Positions 48,641 through 57,683 of a stretch of DNA of 64,000 nt are shown here, in pieces. The notes under the pieces are model-generated. The model saw only the letters and a list, made by a program, of their open reading frames with translations. It ran no database searches and was not told where the DNA came from. Source of the stretch: an uncultured Aquimonas sp. (lineage in GTDB: Bacteria > Pseudomonadota > Gammaproteobacteria > Xanthomonadales > Xanthomonadaceae); assembly GCA_964536455.1 (NCBI GenBank), contig CAZHXV010000001.1, positions 1,760 through 65,759 on the forward strand. Reading direction: 5' to 3'. Every line of letters starts with the position of its first letter. Within the stretch, counting starts at the first letter, position 1. The translations under genes were made by a program, and so were the position numbers.

Positions 48641-50605
48641 TCAGGACAACCAACGGCTTTTGACGACGCGCCGCCGCACAGGCGCACCAGAAATGGAAAG
48701 GCCACCGCGATGGGTGGCCTGTTCGTCGAAATTCATTGGGGCAATCGGTGGTGGATCGTCGGGTGGACGCGCCACCCCGAGTTGGCGTTCCAGTTCGCGC
48801 CAGTGGCGTTCCTCGAACCGATCCAAGCCAGCGGCAGCGGCAGCGGCGCGCGCGTAGACGTAGCAATCCAGCCCCTCGTTGCGTTCACGGGTTTTCTGCC
48901 ACTCGCGCACGGGGAACCCGTTGCGGTTGCGGCGGGTGATGAGTTGTTCGGCGCACAGCTGCTGGATGAACTCGGCATCGATCATCGGCAGATGCACGTA
49001 CCCGGCAGGGAAGGTCGCGGTGATGCCGTCATCGGCGACCGTCGCGGCCTTGCGCAGGTTGTTGTAAAGCTCCAGCTTGGCGATGCCCACGACCACCGCG
49101 AACACCTTGATGCCGCGTCGCAGCCGCTTGCCGTCGCGGTTCATGTCCACCGCTGTTGGCGTGCCGATCAGGGCGGCACCACGTGCGACGCCTTTCACCG
49201 CCATCAGCCGCGCGTCGTGGCGGGTGCGCACGAAGGCATAGGCTTCCTGCGTGGCAAAGCCGGTATCCAGCGCGAAACGCGCCAGCGGCATCGCCGCGCC
49301 GGATGCGTGCGTCCAGTGCTCGTCCAGCAGGGCGGCGAGTGCTTTCCAAACCTCATCGCGCGCCGTGTCGCCCATCAAAACCCGGTGTTCCACGAGCCAC
49401 ACTTCCTTGCCACGCCCGAACGCCCAGATGGACGCCTCAATGCGATCCTTCTGCACGTCCGCGCCGCCGACCAAGAGCAGGCCACCCATCGGCACCGTGC
49501 CGATGCGGTAATCCTCACGGCGCTCGACAAGGCGCTGCCAGTCTGGTGCTTCGCCTTCCTCCACCCACGTCTCGCCAAGCTCGGTGTTCTTGAACGTCTT
49601 GATGGCAGCAGCGGAACCGGATTCCTTGCTGACGGCGGTTTCCCATGCGGCGGCGATGTCGCGCCATGCGCGCCAGCCCACCGGCGAATACAGACTCGAC
49701 AGGTGAAAACCCGCCGTCTTGCCGTTGCCCTCGGCCAACGCCTGCCACTGGCCGTGTTCGAGCATCCACGTCTTGTGGTGTTCGGCAATCGCCGTGTCGC
49801 AGGCTTCGCAGATGTAGGCGGCAGATTCTGGCGCGCCCTTGTCCCAGCGCAGCTGTTCGAAGCGCAACCACTGCCGGTGCGAGCAATGCGGGCACGGCAC
49901 GAAGAAGCGGCGCTGGTCGCTCGCCTCGTATTCGCGCTCGATGGCCGAGGCTCCGGCAATCGTTGGCGTGGACACGATGAAAATCTTGCGGCGCGCGAAG
50001 GTGCGCGTGCGCGCTTCGGCCAGCGATATGGCGTCGCCTTCGCCTTCTACGTCCAGTGGGTAGCCGTCCACTTCGTCTAGAAACAGATACCGCACCGGCA
50101 TTGAGCGCAGGCCGACCGCGCTGTTCGCGCCGGTCATCACCAGCACGCCGCCGCGAAACTCCTTCGCCAGAATCGTGTTGCCCGAATCGCGCGAGCGCGC
50201 CGGTGCGATCAGTTCAGCCAGCACACCCGACTCCTCGATCAAGGGATCGATGCGCTGCTTGCTGTTGCGTTTGGCCATCTCCACGGTCGGCCACACCGCC
50301 ATCATCGGCCCTGGCGCGTGGTGAATGACGTAGCCGATCCAGCAGGAACCGGCTTCCGTTCCGCCAATCTGCGCTCCCTTCATGAACACCACGCGCTCGA
50401 CCGGTGAGGTCGGCGACAGGCAATCCATGATGTCCTTCAGGTACGGCGTGCGCGAGGTGCGCCAGCGCCCCGGTTCCGCTGCCGCCTTGCTGGAAAGGAT
50501 GCGGTGGCGATCCGCCCATTCGGACACGGTGAGCAGCGGATCGGGCATCAAGCCTTCGCGCCACGCGCGTTCCAGTTCCGCAGCGCCGTCGAAAAACGTG
50601 TCCAT
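48641..50605 (-). CDS. Terminase large subunit (lambda gpA family)
   Basis: SEWAD, RTPYL, KGAQIGGTE, LFLDEVD, STPT, CPHC, DVQKDR, RNE.LDC.VYA. Confidence 0.96.
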   Translation of the reverse strand: MDTFFDGAAELERAWREGLMPDPLLTVSEWADRHRILSSKAAAEPGRWRTSRTPYLKDIMDCLSPTSPVERVVFMKGAQIGGTEAGSCWIGYVIHHAPGPMMAVWPTVEMAKRNSKQRIDPLIEESGVLAELIAPARSRDSGNTILAKEFRGGVLVMTGANSAVGLRSMPVRYLFLDEVDGYPLDVEGEGDAISLAEARTRTFARRKIFIVSTPTIAGASAIEREYEASDQRRFFVPCPHCSHRQWLRFEQLRWDKGAPESAAYICEACDTAIAEHHKTWMLEHGQWQALAEGNGKTAGFHLSSLYSPVGWRAWRDIAAAWETAVSKESGSAAAIKTFKNTELGETWVEEGEAPDWQRLVERREDYRIGTVPMGGLLLVGGADVQKDRIEASIWAFGRGKEVWLVEHRVLMGDTARDEVWKALAALLDEHWTHASGAAMPLARFALDTGFATQEAYAFVRTRHDARLMAVKGVARGAALIGTPTAVDMNRDGKRLRRGIKVFAVVVGIAKLELYNNLRKAATVADDGITATFPAGYVHLPMIDAEFIQQLCAEQLITRRNRNGFPVREWQKTRERNEGLDCYVYARAAAAAAGLDRFEERHWRELERQLGVARPPDDPPPIAPMNFDEQATHRGGLSISGAPVRRRVVKSRWLS

Positions 50606-51141
50606 CACTCCACGCGCGGGCGGATATCGCCCAATTCCTGCAAGTGGTCGCGCACCGCGTTTTCCAGCGCGACGTGCATCGTATGCGGGTCGACGCCCAA
50701 CGCCGCCGCCATCTGCGCGGAAATACGCGCAGGCCAGTTCAGCCAGGCATCGCGCTCGGCGCGCGCCAGCTTGAAGATGTGTGCGATGGCCTGATTGCGA
50801 TCTACCAGTTCGCCCTTCAACCGCGCCAAGCGCACCTTGTTGGTCTGCGCCTTGACCACTTCGTTGACAGTGCGCGCCTGCAGCAACGACGCGCCGCCTG
50901 TGGGCAGCGCGGGCGAACCCTCGCCGCCAGTCGCAACCTCGGCGGGAACAGCCACACGCGGTGCAGGGCTGCGCGATCCCACGCGCGGCGGTTCCGTATT
51001 GCGATCCCACTGCGAATCCGCGCGCGCCGGATCAATCGTTCCGTCCGCTTCGGGCGTGATGCGCCCGGCAGCAATCGCCTTGCGCACGGCGGTATCCGAC
51101 ACGCCACGGGTTTTCGCGTAGGCGCGAATCGACAGTCCCAT
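50605..51141 (-). CDS. Terminase small subunit (Nu1-like)
   Basis: N-terminal HTH SIRAYA..RGVS..AVRKAI..GRI; L....GELV; coupled to terL. Confidence 0.85.
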   Translation of the reverse strand: MGLSIRAYAKTRGVSDTAVRKAIAAGRITPEADGTIDPARADSQWDRNTEPPRVGSRSPAPRVAVPAEVATGGEGSPALPTGGASLLQARTVNEVVKAQTNKVRLARLKGELVDRNQAIAHIFKLARAERDAWLNWPARISAQMAAALGVDPHTMHVALENAVRDHLQELGDIRPRVE

Positions 51142-51289
51142 CGGTCCTTTTCAATCAACAAGTGCGCCCTTTTCGCGCGTGTGCGTCGAAGGCATCTGAA
51201 CCCTGAATTCGCATCGGAATTCGCTTGGCTTCACTGGCGAACAGCGTGTTCATCACGTCACGCCAACCACATCCGGAAAGGAAAACGCC

Positions 51290-51496
51290 ATGAACGAGAT
51301 CGACAGCCTCCTCACCCTGATCGCCCAAAAGCATCTGGGCATCGACACCTTGCAAACCCGCCATTCCGACAGCCTGGACTTCCACGACACGGCGGTGTGG
51401 TGCATCCGGGACGCGCTGGAAGCGGCCTTCAAGGCGGGGATCGAGGTCGGCATCTCGTTGCCAGAACCCACGGAAGCGCAGATCGCCAATGGGTAA
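51290..51496 (+). CDS. DUF6900-like small protein
   Basis: IA..HLGI.TL.TR.SDSLDFHD.AVW....ALEAAF.AG; AAGGA RBS. Confidence 0.8.
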   Translation: MNEIDSLLTLIAQKHLGIDTLQTRHSDSLDFHDTAVWCIRDALEAAFKAGIEVGISLPEPTEAQIANG

Positions 51497-51607
51497 TTGG
51501 AAACCAGCGAAGCCAAGCGGAAATGACTTGGCTTCACTGACGAACAGCGCGTTCATCACACCCGCAACAAGCAGCAACCACCAACTCAACCACCAAGGAG
51601 CATCACC

Positions 51608-52207
51608 ATGAGCAACGCATCCCTCACCGCCTCGCAAGAGGCCATCCTGACCACCGCGATCCGCGATACCAAAGGCCGTATCGAGTGGTTCCCCGACACC
51701 ATCAAGGGCGGTGCCCGCAAGAAAGTCCTCGACGGGCTTTTCAACCGCGCCCTGATCACGCCCGATGGTGACGGCTGGGCGGTCACCGCCGAAGCCTACG
51801 ATGCCCTTGGCATTGCACGCCCGCGTGTCAACGCCACGCGGGTGTCCCGATTCGAAGCGAAGCTCGACGAGATCATCGCCAACGGCGAGACCACGCAGGC
51901 GCATGACGCCACGGAGAGCGCACACGACGCCACCGACGCGGAACTGGAAGCCGATGTGGCCACCGCCGAAGCATCCTTCACGTCGCCCGCCAAACCGCCA
52001 CGCACGCGCGAGAACAGCAAGCAGGCGCAGGTCATCCGCATGTTGCAGCATCCGGATGGCGCGACGATCCGGCAGATCTGCGAAGCGACCGGCTGGCAGC
52101 AGCACACCGTGCGCGGCACCTTCGCCGGAGCCTTCCGCAAGAAGCTCGGATTGAACGTCACCTCCGCCAAGGAACAGGGCGCAGAACGGGTGTACCGCAT
52201 CGCCTGA
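51608..52207 (+). CDS. DUF3489-domain protein (C-terminal wHTH)
   Basis: R.NSKQA.VI.ML....GAT...I..ATGWQ.HTVRG...G..KKLGL, R.YRI. Confidence 0.85.
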   Translation: MSNASLTASQEAILTTAIRDTKGRIEWFPDTIKGGARKKVLDGLFNRALITPDGDGWAVTAEAYDALGIARPRVNATRVSRFEAKLDEIIANGETTQAHDATESAHDATDAELEADVATAEASFTSPAKPPRTRENSKQAQVIRMLQHPDGATIRQICEATGWQQHTVRGTFAGAFRKKLGLNVTSAKEQGAERVYRIA

Positions 52208-52298
52208 AAAAGATCGGAAGCCAGGCGCAAAAGCGCTTGGCTTCCATCTCCTTCAGCGCGTTCATGTCTGCGTGCCAACCCACCACACGGAGCCAACC

Positions 52299-52805
52299 AT
52301 GAAGTCCCAACGCACCACCCTGAGCGCGCCCAAGGCCGCACTCGTCCACGCCCTCACGCAATGCCTGACCCCGGCCTTTGCCACAGATGACCTCACCTCT
52401 GCCGACATCCGCGAAGCCCTCGACCTTGCGTGGGATCGGGTGTGGGATGACTTCCGCAATCGCCGTTTCGAGGATGTCGTCGAAAACGTCCGCATCCGGT
52501 TTGTCCGCAAGCCCGCCGATCTGATCGAGGCGATGGAAAGCCTGCACATCGGCGAACTGGCCACACGCATCGCCATCCAAGCGCGGGTGGAACTTTCCGA
52601 TGACCAATACGACGAATTCGCCAAGACGCCCTTGGCAGATCGGGACTGGTTGACCGGCAAGGGCGGATGGGACGATGACAACCTGCGTCGCGTGGTCATG
52701 ATCACCGCGCCGGATCGCTTCACCTTGTACGTCGATCCCTCCGGTGGCACCTACGCGCGCTACCTTGGCCTTGCTGTCGACGAGAACGACGAGGTGGCGC
52801 TGTGA
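52299..52805 (+). CDS. Hypothetical protein
   Basis: 168 aa, GGAG RBS; ends D.DWL.GKGG...LYVDPSG..YARY.G. Confidence 0.7.
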   Translation: MKSQRTTLSAPKAALVHALTQCLTPAFATDDLTSADIREALDLAWDRVWDDFRNRRFEDVVENVRIRFVRKPADLIEAMESLHIGELATRIAIQARVELSDDQYDEFAKTPLADRDWLTGKGGWDDDNLRRVVMITAPDRFTLYVDPSGGTYARYLGLAVDENDEVAL

Positions 52806-53011
52806 ACGCCACCGAGTTTCATCTCAAGCAATTGGAGCCACTGATCGGCGGCTCCATCGTCGGGCTTGCCCGAACGGGCGTGGACGAGGACTTCGGCGAC
52901 GAGTTTTTCGGCCTCCTCGTGCGCCTTGCCAACGGCCAGCGCAAAGTCCTGATGTTCCTGCCCGATCCCGAAGGCAACGGCCCCGGTTCCTTTGAACTGT
53001 CCGACTCCTGA
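52802..53011 (+). CDS. Small acidic hypothetical protein
   Basis: GTGA overlap; ends DPEGNGPGSF. Confidence 0.7.
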   Translation: MNATEFHLKQLEPLIGGSIVGLARTGVDEDFGDEFFGLLVRLANGQRKVLMFLPDPEGNGPGSFELSDS

Positions 53012-53119
53012 ATCGGCGATTGAAGATCGAAGATTCCGCTCGGAATCGCTTGGCTTTGATGGATAACAGCGCGTTCATGGTCGCGTCGCAAAGACGCCAA
53101 CCCAACCACGGAGAACACC

Positions 53120-53482
53120 ATGAACACCACGCACCTTCCCGCCACCACCAACCCCGAGTGGGGCTTTTACGGCGCAATGGGCGAGCACGCCGACGCCGCA
53201 TGGCCACTGGCAATGAACACGATCCACGCCGAAACCGAGGAAGACGTTGATGCGATCCGCGCCTTCCTCGACAGCCGCCACGGACGCCACTTTGGCGACG
53301 AAGTGCTGGCCCGGGTCGAACAAGGCGTCGAACTGCATGTCGCCATCGACCTCGTCGTGCGTCGCTGGCAGCGTTGGACGATTGGCCCACGCACCTCCCG
53401 CGAATACGGCATCCCGAAAGGACTGCCCTACCTGCTGGGTTGGGTGATCCATTGCGGCATTGCCGAGGAGATCGCCGCCTGA
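53120..53482 (+). CDS. Hypothetical protein
   Basis: GGAG RBS; T.N..WGF.G, FLDSRHGRHF.D, YGIP.GLPYL. Confidence 0.75.
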   Translation: MNTTHLPATTNPEWGFYGAMGEHADAAWPLAMNTIHAETEEDVDAIRAFLDSRHGRHFGDEVLARVEQGVELHVAIDLVVRRWQRWTIGPRTSREYGIPKGLPYLLGWVIHCGIAEEIAA

Positions 53483-53513
53483 TGGCGGCGATTCCCACCC
53501 TCGGAGCACAACG

Positions 53514-53738
53514 ATGCACACCACGATCACCGAACGCGAATCGGCCATCCGCTGGGTCATCCGCAACCGCCGTCCCGATGTGTCCTTGGAGCAGGCCGTC
53601 CGCACCCTGACATTGGCTTTGCCTCGCGACATGCGCACGATCCAGTCCCTCCAGCGCATTGCGCGCGAGGAAGAAGAGCGCACGCAGGACGCCAAACCGA
53701 ATCGTTCCTGTCTGCCCGGAATGATTCCGCGAAGATAA
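53514..53738 (+). CDS. Small hypothetical protein
   Basis: GGAG-N7-ATG; 74 aa. Confidence 0.55.
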   Translation: MHTTITERESAIRWVIRNRRPDVSLEQAVRTLTLALPRDMRTIQSLQRIAREEEERTQDAKPNRSCLPGMIPRR

Positions 53739-53817
53739 GCAGAATCACGCCGGAAAATGCTTGGCTTCGTGGTGGAACAGCGCGTTCATGACGCCACACC
53801 CACCACGGAGCACCACG

Positions 53818-54075
53818 ATGCAAACCCACCGCAACAACGAACTGGCCAATGGCCTGCACCACTACCTGACCGGCTACGGGCGCAACGATCCGGCCAAGCT
53901 CGACCTGCTCCTCAACTTTGATCGCTGGCAGGATTTCGCCCGTACCGAATTGACCCGGCGCGCGCAGGAAGTGATCGCGCAACTGGACGCGCCCACCTTG
54001 CAGGCCATCGCCAACGGCGAGATCAACGTCGAATACGTGGTACGCCTCGCACGCGAGGGCCTGCAGCGCGCGTAA
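53818..54075 (+). CDS. Small hypothetical protein
   Basis: GGAG-N7-ATG after fifth motif copy; 85 aa. Confidence 0.65.
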   Translation: MQTHRNNELANGLHHYLTGYGRNDPAKLDLLLNFDRWQDFARTELTRRAQEVIAQLDAPTLQAIANGEINVEYVVRLAREGLQRA

Positions 54076-54100
54076 TGCGCGCCTACGCGGCGGCGGCGTC

Positions 54101-55321
54101 CTACGCCGCCACGCGGAGGGCAACGCCGCCGGTGAAGTCCTCCCAGCGCCGCACGATCACGTCGCAGTATTTCGGATCGAGTTCCATCAGCCGCGCCACG
54201 CGCCCGGACTTCTCGGCGGCGATCAGCGTGGTGCCGGAGCCGCCAAAGGGATCGAGCACCACATCGCCCGGACGGCTGGAATTGCGGATCGCACGTTCCA
54301 CCAGTTCCACGGGTTTCATGGTCGGGTGCAGGTCGTTCTTGTGCGGCTTCTTGATCTGCCACACGTCGCCCTGATCGCGGTCGCCGCACCAGTGGCGGGT
54401 TGCGCCTTCGCGCCAGCCGTAGAGGATCGGTTCGTACTGGCGCTGGTAGTCGGCGCGGCCGAGCGTGAAGGTGTTCTTCGCCCAGATGATGAAGGTTGAC
54501 CACTTGCCGCCTGCAGCGCGGAACGCGGATTGCAGCGCGTCCAGTTCGCTCGAGGACATGGCGATGTAGATGCCGCCACGGCACGCGGCGACCATCGGCG
54601 TCAGCGCCGCCAGAAGGAACGATTGAAAATCCTCGCCGAGATTGTCGTTGAGGATGGCGCGGTTCGTGCCGCGCAGTTTGTCCTTCGGCGTGTTGGCGTA
54701 GTTGACGTTGTAGGGCGGATCGGTGAACACCATGTCCACGCCATCCTCGCCCAGCAGCATCGAGTAGCTTTCTGCGCGCGTGGCGTCGCCGCACAGCAGG
54801 CGATGCGGGCCGAGCTGCCACACGTCACCGGTGCGCGAGATCGGCGCATCGCCCACTTCGGGAACGACATCCTCATCCGTCTGGCCTGCGTTGTCGGGTT
54901 CCTCGCCCGCAAGCAGGTCGGCCAGCGCGTCGGCATCGAAGCCAGTCAGGTCGATGTCGAAACCTGCATCCTGCAGGTCGGCCAGTTCGATGCGCAGCAG
55001 TTCGTTGTCCCACGTTGCGTTCTCGGCGATGCGGTTGTCCGCGATCACGAGCGCACGGCGCTGGGTGGGTGTGAGGTGGTCGAGCACGACCACGGGCACG
55101 GATTGCAGGCCGAGTTTCTGCGCGGCGGCGAGTCGCCCGTGGCCTGCGACGATGACGCCATCGCTGCCCGCAAGGATCGGATTGGTGAATCCGAACTCCG
55201 CGATGCTGGCGGCGATCTGCGCCACCTGTGCGTCCGAATGCGCCCTGGCATTTCGTGCGTAGGGCACCAGTTTGACCGTCGGCCAGTGCTGGATGCTGTC
55301 GGCCAGCCACGACGCGCTCAT
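54101..55321 (-). CDS. ParB-N-domain DNA methyltransferase (DPPY, probably m6A)
   Basis: L.PYARNAR.HS, GHGR..AA, ADNR; HRL.CGD; TDPPYN; HPT.KP; DPFGGSGTT. Confidence 0.92.
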   Translation of the reverse strand: MSASWLADSIQHWPTVKLVPYARNARAHSDAQVAQIAASIAEFGFTNPILAGSDGVIVAGHGRLAAAQKLGLQSVPVVVLDHLTPTQRRALVIADNRIAENATWDNELLRIELADLQDAGFDIDLTGFDADALADLLAGEEPDNAGQTDEDVVPEVGDAPISRTGDVWQLGPHRLLCGDATRAESYSMLLGEDGVDMVFTDPPYNVNYANTPKDKLRGTNRAILNDNLGEDFQSFLLAALTPMVAACRGGIYIAMSSSELDALQSAFRAAGGKWSTFIIWAKNTFTLGRADYQRQYEPILYGWREGATRHWCGDRDQGDVWQIKKPHKNDLHPTMKPVELVERAIRNSSRPGDVVLDPFGGSGTTLIAAEKSGRVARLMELDPKYCDVIVRRWEDFTGGVALRVAA

Positions 55322-56739
55322 GCCTGCTCCTCGGCGGTGGTGCGTTCGGTGGCGGCGCGCGCGGCGGCGACTTCGGCGAAAGAATCTCCGGTGGCCTCAA
55401 GGCGCACCGGCTCTTCTGGAAAGGTTTGCTGGAAGCGGCTGATCGCCACGTCCACGTAGTCGGGTGCGATTTCCACGGCGCGGGCGATGCGGCCCGTGCG
55501 CTGTGCGGCGAGGATCGTCGTGCCCGAACCGCAAAAAGGCTCGAACACGATCTCGCCCGCATCGGAATACGCTTCGATGACGAACTGCGGCAGCGCCACC
55601 GGAAACACGGCGGGGTGATCGATGCCCTCGCCGATCTTGCCCTTGTGCCGCATCACGCGAATCACCGAATCGGGAATGCGCGTGTCCTGCGTGGGCTGGC
55701 CTGCGTGCGTCCAGCCGCCGACTTCGCCATCCTTGCCGCGCATCGCGGTGGACGATCCATCCGCACGCAGGTGCGATTCCTGGCCTGCATGTTTGCAGGC
55801 CACCGTCTTGTTCGGTTTGCGGGTTTCGCGGTTGAAGTGGAAAACGAACTCGAAGCTCGGTGCGAGGCGACCCTGCCAGTCGCCGGGCATCCCCGGCCCC
55901 TGATCCCAGACGTACCAGCCAAAGCGCCGCCATGCCTTCGTGCGCATCCAGTCGAGCCAACCGTTCCAATACGGCTGGAACTCGTTGTCGCGGTGGATCA
56001 GCCCCAAGTTCACCAGCACCTGGCCGTCCTCGGCCATCGGCAGTGCGGCGAACACGCCACGCATCAGGCCATCCCAATCGGCGATGCCGCCGCTGGTGTA
56101 GTCGCGTTGGTTGCCGTAGGGCGGCGAAGTGAAGCACAGGCTTGCCGCGTCGCCCTGCATCAGTGCCGCGATTACGTCGCGGTCGGTGGCATCGCCGCAG
56201 ATCAGGCGGTGTGCGCCCAATTGCCACACGTCTCCCGCGCGCGACACCGGCACGGACGGGGCGTCCGGCACATCGTCGGCGGCGTCGGAGCCGGAGGGTT
56301 CGTCCTCGGCGGCATCGTCGGGAGTGGCCTTGACGGTGGCAAGGAAGGATTCCAGTTCGCCGTCCTCAAAGCCCGTGAGCGCCAGATCAAATCCGCCCTC
56401 GGAAAGCTCGGCCAGTTCCAGCGCCAGCAGTTCCTCGTCCCATCCAGCTTCGAGAGCAAGGCGGTTGTCAGCGATCACATACGCGCGCTTCTGCGCGGGC
56501 GACAGGTGCGCCAGTTCGATCACCGGAACTTCGTCGAGGCCGAGCTTGCGCGCCGCCGCCAGTCGCCCGTGGCCTGCGATTAGGCCGTGTTCGCCATCGA
56601 CCAGGATCGGCGTCGTCCAGCCGAACTCGGCAATGGACGCGGCGATCTTGGCGATCTGCGCATCCGAATGCGTGCGCGGATTGCGGGCGTAGGGGATCAG
56701 CGTCGAAACCTTGCGGTACTCGACGGCGAGGACGTTCAC
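55318..56739 (-). CDS. ParB-N-domain DNA methyltransferase (SPPY, probably m4C)
   Basis: Same ParB N-terminus; FTSPPY; HPAVFP; EPFCGSGTT. Confidence 0.92.
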   Translation of the reverse strand: MNVLAVEYRKVSTLIPYARNPRTHSDAQIAKIAASIAEFGWTTPILVDGEHGLIAGHGRLAAARKLGLDEVPVIELAHLSPAQKRAYVIADNRLALEAGWDEELLALELAELSEGGFDLALTGFEDGELESFLATVKATPDDAAEDEPSGSDAADDVPDAPSVPVSRAGDVWQLGAHRLICGDATDRDVIAALMQGDAASLCFTSPPYGNQRDYTSGGIADWDGLMRGVFAALPMAEDGQVLVNLGLIHRDNEFQPYWNGWLDWMRTKAWRRFGWYVWDQGPGMPGDWQGRLAPSFEFVFHFNRETRKPNKTVACKHAGQESHLRADGSSTAMRGKDGEVGGWTHAGQPTQDTRIPDSVIRVMRHKGKIGEGIDHPAVFPVALPQFVIEAYSDAGEIVFEPFCGSGTTILAAQRTGRIARAVEIAPDYVDVAISRFQQTFPEEPVRLEATGDSFAEVAAARAATERTTAEEQA

Positions 56740-56759
56740 GGAGATGGGTTCCAGAAATG

Positions 56760-56790
56760 AAAAACCCGCCGACGAAGGCCGTAGGCGGGT
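56760..56790 (-). terminator. Rho-independent terminator ahead of first late gene
   Basis: Minus strand ACCCGCCTACG-GCCTT-CGTCGGCGGGT-TTTT. Confidence 0.7.
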
Positions 56791-56809
56791 GGAGTGAATC
56801 GGAGGATGT

Positions 56810-56922
56810 GGGGTGCGAACCGGGGTGCGAACCGCGAACCGTGCAAACCTTGGTTCGCACCCTGTCGCTAAAAGAGCGCCGGACTCGCGCCCCCCGCATG
56901 GCCCCTCCCGCAGGAAGGGCCC
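56810..56922 (-). other. Putative cos packaging site (cosQ/cosN/cosB-like)
   Basis: Minus strand GGGCCCTTCC...ATGCGGGGGGCGCGAGTCC resembles lambda GGGTCCTTTCC...TTACGGGGCGGCGACCT; followed by GTGCGAACC repeats in both orientations. Confidence 0.6.
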
Positions 56923-57093
56923 ATTTCGCCTCGGGAGCGTGGCTTTTGAGCCACTGTGGCTTCACCGCCACTGATCCCGAGCATGGCGGAAATGCTACGC
57001 CAAAACCTCGAAAATGTTGCACGGGCTTTCCTCCGCGCACTTCCTCGCACGCCCGCAATCGCCGCAGGCAACGCGCTAAAACACGCCAAAACA

Positions 57094-57486
57094 CTACGCC
57101 GTAGAAATCCCGTTGAGCCTGGTCGTGACGATGCCCAATGCCGCCTGCCATCGCCGCCACGCGGTGGTTCGGTCGCAGGCGAAGCGGATCGTAATGTCGC
57201 GCCAGCCGTACCGCTTGGCGCGCATCCAGACCAGATGCCGTTGCTCCTCGTCGAGCCACGCGACCCAGTGCATCGTCTCCAGCATCCGGTCGATGGCCTC
57301 GGGCGACGGCGGAAAGGGACGGTAGTGTTTCTCGTCGGCGGCGAAGGCTTCCCACGCATTGCGCGCGATCACCGGCCAGCAGTTGAAGTAGCCCTGCACA
57401 CGCACGGGCGGCAGGCGGCGTCCAGTGCTGGCGGCTTCCTCGAAGCGTGCGGCGACGGTTTCGATTGTCCACTGGCAATCAGTCAT
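57094..57486 (-). CDS. DUF6362-like HTH protein, putative late-gene regulator
   Basis: V..RFEEA..T.RRLP, P.P.AI.RM.E...W..WL, VW.RA....W, RTTAWRRW; last early gene before cos. Confidence 0.75.
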   Translation of the reverse strand: MTDCQWTIETVAARFEEAASTGRRLPPVRVQGYFNCWPVIARNAWEAFAADEKHYRPFPPSPEAIDRMLETMHWVAWLDEEQRHLVWMRAKRYGWRDITIRFACDRTTAWRRWQAALGIVTTRLNGISTA

Positions 57487-57682
57487 GGCGCTGTCCCCCG
57501 TAGAGGCGTTCGCCGATGGCGCGGATGAACTCGCGCTCGACCATGTCGAGGCGGGTGTCATCGTCCTTCACGACGAGGATGTGCTGGTCGCGCCAGCCAT
57601 TGCGCTTCATGGCTTCCAGATCGGTGATGTTCGGTTGCAGCCGTCCCAGTGGGCAGCGGTACTGCGGCAGGGAAATTTTCAT
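57479..57682 (-). CDS. Hypothetical phage protein
   Basis: 67 aa, overlapped with neighbours. Confidence 0.7.
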   Translation of the reverse strand: MKISLPQYRCPLGRLQPNITDLEAMKRNGWRDQHILVVKDDDTRLDMVEREFIRAIGERLYGGQRHD

Positions 57683-57683
57683 C

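Larger units (their letters stand above)
51224..53789 (+). promoter_or_regulatory. Five dispersed copies of a 30-bp motif CTTGGCTT-N9-WCAGCGYGTTCAT (putative promoter)
   Basis: Copies at 51224, 51527, 52236, 53049, 53760; each intergenic, ending 28-51 nt before an ATG; TTGGCT-N17-GTTCAT spacing invariant. Confidence 0.85.

Noticed and set aside
51224..53789. 30-bp repeats as a CRISPR array or integron attC sites
   Set aside because: Spacing is 300-800 bp with whole genes between, and the repeat centre is variable; no cas1/cas2, no IntI, no RYYYAAC/GTTRRRY ends
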